Assembly: GCA_964514585.1 (NCBI GenBank)
Contig: CAZETU010000002.1
Coordinates: 129,486-193,485 of the forward strand
Direction: 5' to 3'
DNA from: Candidatus Woesearchaeota archaeon
Lineage (GTDB): Archaea > Nanobdellota > Nanobdellia > Pacearchaeales > GW2011-AR1
DNA length: 64,000 nucleotides
Shown here: positions 61,115-64,000 of the stretch, in pieces
How the letters are laid out: each line of letters starts with the position of its first letter
How positions within the stretch are numbered: the first letter of the stretch is position 1
The notes under the pieces: generated by a model
The model's input: only the letters and a program-made list of their open reading frames with translations
Databases searched by the model: none
What the model was told of the DNA's origin: nothing
Made by a program: the position numbers and the translations under genes

Positions 61115-61825
61115 ATGAAGATTGGAAAATATTTGGTAAATGCAGTAATGGTCGGAGCTTTAGCCGTGGCTGGGTGTGACAGAGAGGATGATGCAACGAT
61201 TCCTGGTTCCCTAGAGAGTGCTGTTAGTATTTCTACTAATATTGCTGGAGCTTTGTCTGGTAAAGATGCGAGGGTAATTGACCCGATTTTGGATAGTAGG
61301 ATTGTTTTAGATCCTGGTCATGGGGGCAGAGATCCTGGGGCCTGTGCTTATGGAATTGAAGAAGAAGATATTACTTTATTGCAAGCTCGGAAGGCTAAGC
61401 AAATATTGAGAGAGCATGGGTATAGGAATGTTGTAATGACTCGGAATGGAGACAAGTATGTTTCACTTGATGATAGGGTTGTTGCTGGTAAGGGTGCTGA
61501 TGTTTTTTTGAGTTTTCATTGTGATTCTTTTGATGGAGTAGCTTATGGTCAGACGACCTATATTTGTAATGGAGAGGGCTCAGAAGAATTTGGAAAGATT
61601 GTGCAGGCTAAGTTAATTGAAAAAATTGGTTCTAAGTTTAGGGTTTTGGACAGAGGAGTTAGGAAGGCTGATTATAGAGTTTTGACAAGTGATACTTGTA
61701 GTGCTTTGATGGAGATAGGATATATTGATAATAGTTCTGATAATAATGATTTGAGAAAGAATACTTGGTTTGTTGGGAAAGCTGCTTATGAAGGGATTGA
61801 TCAATTTTTGAGAAGTCGTAATTAG
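61115..61825 (+). CDS. N-acetylmuramoyl-L-alanine amidase (Amidase_3 family) with a lipoprotein-type signal peptide
   Basis: MKIGKYLVNAVMVGALAVAGCD (lipobox A-V-A-G-C). IVLDPGHGGRDPGA and DVFLSFHCDSF match the Zn-ligand regions of Amidase_3. Confidence 0.8.
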   Translation: MKIGKYLVNAVMVGALAVAGCDREDDATIPGSLESAVSISTNIAGALSGKDARVIDPILDSRIVLDPGHGGRDPGACAYGIEEEDITLLQARKAKQILREHGYRNVVMTRNGDKYVSLDDRVVAGKGADVFLSFHCDSFDGVAYGQTTYICNGEGSEEFGKIVQAKLIEKIGSKFRVLDRGVRKADYRVLTSDTCSALMEIGYIDNSSDNNDLRKNTWFVGKAAYEGIDQFLRSRN

Positions 61826-61831
61826 TTTATG

Positions 61832-63055
61832 TTAATTGTTTTTCTTGATTAAATAAATTATTGCTATGAAGAATATTATTGCGAGGTATACCCATTTGTT
61901 TGAGATTGTTTGGCCGAAAAGTAGGGTTGATTTTGCGGCGTTGATTTGGTAGTGGAGTGGGAGTGCTTGGCCGATCCATTGGACGAATTTTGGTAGGACT
62001 TGGGTTGGAAAGAAAATTCCTGAGACGAGCATTAGAGGGAATGATATCATTAAGGAAAAAAGGACTGCGATGCCTTCATTGTTTGCAATGAGTCCGATTA
62101 AGAAACCTAAGAGTGTGTCGATTATTCCGATGAATAAAATTAGTTGGATTAGTCCTGTTATTGGGAGTGCGTATTTTGCTCCGCTTAACATAAAGAGACC
62201 GAGGATGATTAAGAATTGGATTAAGACTAGTCCTGTGAAGAATACCGTTTTTGCTGTGATGTATGAGATTGGCGAGGCTGATGCCTTTACTCTTGTGATG
62301 AATCCTACGTTTTTGTCGTATATGATTGAAGTCGATGCGAGCATCAGGGTGATGAAAATTGCGAGAATTGGAAAGATGTAAACTATGCCTGCGTCTTTTT
62401 TGAGGTCTTCGTTGTAAATTGGGGTTTTGTCTGTCCAAATTGGGTTTACTAGGAATTCGGTTTCCATATCTTCGATTGTTTTTAGTTCTTTGTCGGCCGC
62501 TAAGACTTTTTTATCAACGTAACTTACTAGATCTAGTTGGTATACTACATCAATTCCATCTCGGATTGTCGAGACTTTTCCTGATAATTCTTCGTTTAGA
62601 GAATCTACTATTTGTCTTTTAAAGGGGATTAGTGCTTGGTCGACTTTCCATGAGATTAAATTTGTGAATGCGATGTCGGTGTTGTCGTAGTACACCTTTA
62701 GTTTTGATTGTTCTAGTTTTTCTATATTTTCTTTGAAGCCTTGGCCAATTTCAATTCCGAGATCGAGTTTTCCTGATTTGATTTGGGACTGTAAATTTTC
62801 TAGGCAGTTTTCTTGTTCGAGAATTATCGGGTTGAATCCATCTAGGTTATTGAATGAATTTTGTGAGATGTCGGTTTGATCGAAGTCGCAAATACCGACG
62901 CTGATGTTGTAATCTTTAGGATTTAGGGCAAATAAAAAAAGGCTTGCAATTACTAAGGGGAGTAGGATAAATAAGTAGAGATACTTTTTTCTTTTGTAGA
63001 GGAGCATGGCGTCTTTTTTTAGATAGCCGTAGAATCTTCTAGTTTGGGTTCTCAT
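61832..63055 (-). CDS. ABC-2-type transporter permease
   Basis: N-terminal TM, a large external loop and a C-terminal bundle of about 5 TM helices. Sits in an operon with an ABC ATPase. Confidence 0.7.
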   Translation of the reverse strand: MRTQTRRFYGYLKKDAMLLYKRKKYLYLFILLPLVIASLFLFALNPKDYNISVGICDFDQTDISQNSFNNLDGFNPIILEQENCLENLQSQIKSGKLDLGIEIGQGFKENIEKLEQSKLKVYYDNTDIAFTNLISWKVDQALIPFKRQIVDSLNEELSGKVSTIRDGIDVVYQLDLVSYVDKKVLAADKELKTIEDMETEFLVNPIWTDKTPIYNEDLKKDAGIVYIFPILAIFITLMLASTSIIYDKNVGFITRVKASASPISYITAKTVFFTGLVLIQFLIILGLFMLSGAKYALPITGLIQLILFIGIIDTLLGFLIGLIANNEGIAVLFSLMISFPLMLVSGIFFPTQVLPKFVQWIGQALPLHYQINAAKSTLLFGQTISNKWVYLAIIFFIAIIYLIKKNN

Positions 63056-63435
63056 TTTAATTTTTCTTTTAGTTTATTTATATTTTTTACATATGTAGTT
63101 TGTTTCTCATAATCTTTTGGGTTTATTCTTGTTATATTGAAATTTTTTATTTGTTTATTATACGAATACTGATCTCTCTCACCTTTTTTTGCGTCTACAT
63201 TAACTTCGTATACGTATCCTGACTTCGGTTTTTCCTCTCCTAATATTATTAATTTTTTTGGAGTTACTGCAAAAGAGGTTTTTCCTTTCAGGGTTTTTCC
63301 TATTGCGTAAAGGGCAGCATGATTTAATGTTTTACATAAAAAAATTGTTTTTTGGTTTTCAAATTCAGTTAATCCTTTTGCTTTTGATGGTTTAATTATT
63401 GTCAATTTTTTTGGTGATCCGTGATAAAGTTTCAT
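63052..63435 (-). CDS. hypothetical Lys-rich protein (127 aa)
   Basis: Overlaps both ABC genes by 4 nt. Begins MKLYHGSP. Confidence 0.45.
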   Translation of the reverse strand: MKLYHGSPKKLTIIKPSKAKGLTEFENQKTIFLCKTLNHAALYAIGKTLKGKTSFAVTPKKLIILGEEKPKSGYVYEVNVDAKKGERDQYSYNKQIKNFNITRINPKDYEKQTTYVKNINKLKEKLK

Positions 63436-64000
63436 GCTTTAAGAAATATTTCGTCGAGGTTTGGTTCTCTGAAGCTGACCTCTTTGAATTTTAGATTTAA
63501 TTTTTCTAGTAATTTTATAAGGGTGTTTTTTTCTCGTCCAGAGTTAAGTCCAAACATTAGATATTTTTCGTAAGAGTCTAGGATTTTGAGATCTTTGTAG
63601 GCGCAGTATTTTTTTATTTTTTCGAAGCTTTCTTTTGAGAGATATGTGAATCGAATTTCGAATATGTAGTTCATTTTTAATTTTTCTTTTAATTTTTCTA
63701 GGTTACCGGAGAAGAAAACTTGGGCGTCTTTTAGGATGATTAGTCTGCTGACGTGTTCTTGGGTTTCGGTTAGGAGATGGGATGTCAAGATTATTGACTT
63801 GCCCTTTTTTCTCATTGATTCGAGAAAGTGCCAGAGGAGTCTTCGGTTTAGGAAGTCGAGGCCGACGAAAGGTTCGTCGAGAATTAGGATTTTTGGGTCG
63901 TGGAGCAGGGAAAGAATAATGTTTAGTCTGACTTTTTGTCCGCCCGAAAGTTCGGTTGGTTTTTTGTTTATATCTTCGGATAGTTTCAACATTAACATTA
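63432..64000 (-). CDS. ABC transporter ATP-binding protein (C-terminal part; gene continues beyond the window)
   Basis: ABC signature LSGGQKVRL, Walker B ILILDEPFVGLD and H-loop TSHLL. The Walker A region lies outside the window. Confidence 0.8.
   Translation of the reverse strand, partial: MLMLKLSEDINKKPTELSGGQKVRLNIILSLLHDPKILILDEPFVGLDFLNRRLLWHFLESMRKKGKSIILTSHLLTETQEHVSRLIILKDAQVFFSGNLEKLKEKLKMNYIFEIRFTYLSKESFEKIKKYCAYKDLKILDSYEKYLMFGLNSGREKNTLIKLLEKLNLKFKEVSFREPNLDEIFLKA

Noticed and set aside
1-64000. CRISPR arrays and rRNA genes.
   Set aside because: No regularly spaced direct repeats with unique spacers were seen. The ACCTCCTTTC motifs at 24.5-25.4 kb lack any surrounding 16S-like sequence.

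Overview
All calls were made by eye from the sequence and the ORF track, with no searches or computations. Hand-derived coordinates may be off by a base or two.

BACKBONE (1-23.6 kb and 32.4-64 kb). This is an archaeal chromosome segment. The markers are S6e, aIF5B, archaeal-type GluRS, uL16/L10e, eL33/L35Ae, a Dph2 remnant and a Bat-type HTH regulator. Coding strands are strikingly G+T-rich and C-poor. Upstream regions are AT-rich with TATA-like boxes about 25 nt before many ATGs, and there are no Shine-Dalgarno sequences. Housekeeping genes include pyrG, ppsA, a DEAD-box helicase, two circularly permuted GTPases, a THUMP methyltransferase, a MutS-like ATPase and an NDK-like gene. There are also four NUDIX genes and many orphan ORFs. 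The gene content is consistent with a small-genome, DPANN-like archaeon, but that cannot be proven here.

MAIN FINDING (about 23.7-32.3 kb). An ~8.6 kb block differs completely from its flanks.
- Composition is balanced rather than G+T-skewed.
- Every gene lies on the minus strand.
- Consensus AAGGAGG-type ribosome-binding sites sit 4-9 nt before starts.
- GC-rich stem-loops and a recurring CCCCACAA motif follow stop codons.
- Two products carry signal peptides ending in a Cys, one with a bacterial-type LTGC lipobox.
- There are roughly ten micro-ORFs for 22-73 aa membrane peptides and one 635-aa orphan membrane protein.
- A ~0.95 kb purine-rich stretch has no convincing ORF.
- There are five tRNA-like genes. 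One is a canonical tRNA-Thr(CGU) and one is its decayed copy. Three have perfect cloverleaf arms but anticodon loops of 9, 19 and 8 nt.
- I could not recognise any integrase, transposase, replication or capsid gene.

I regard this block, and especially its expanded-anticodon-loop tRNA-like genes, as the most unusual content of the window.

OTHER OBSERVATIONS.
- A truncated dph2.
- A split GlcDF-like oxidase.
- An orphan four-gene cluster at 14.3-19 kb.
- tRNA-Val flanked by tRNA fragments.
- Repeated promoter modules.
- A low-GC four-gene block at 51.4-53.4 kb.
- An SD-led micro-ORF at 56.6 kb that resembles the island in style.
- A bacterial-type Amidase_3 lipoprotein.

No rRNA genes and no CRISPR array were seen.
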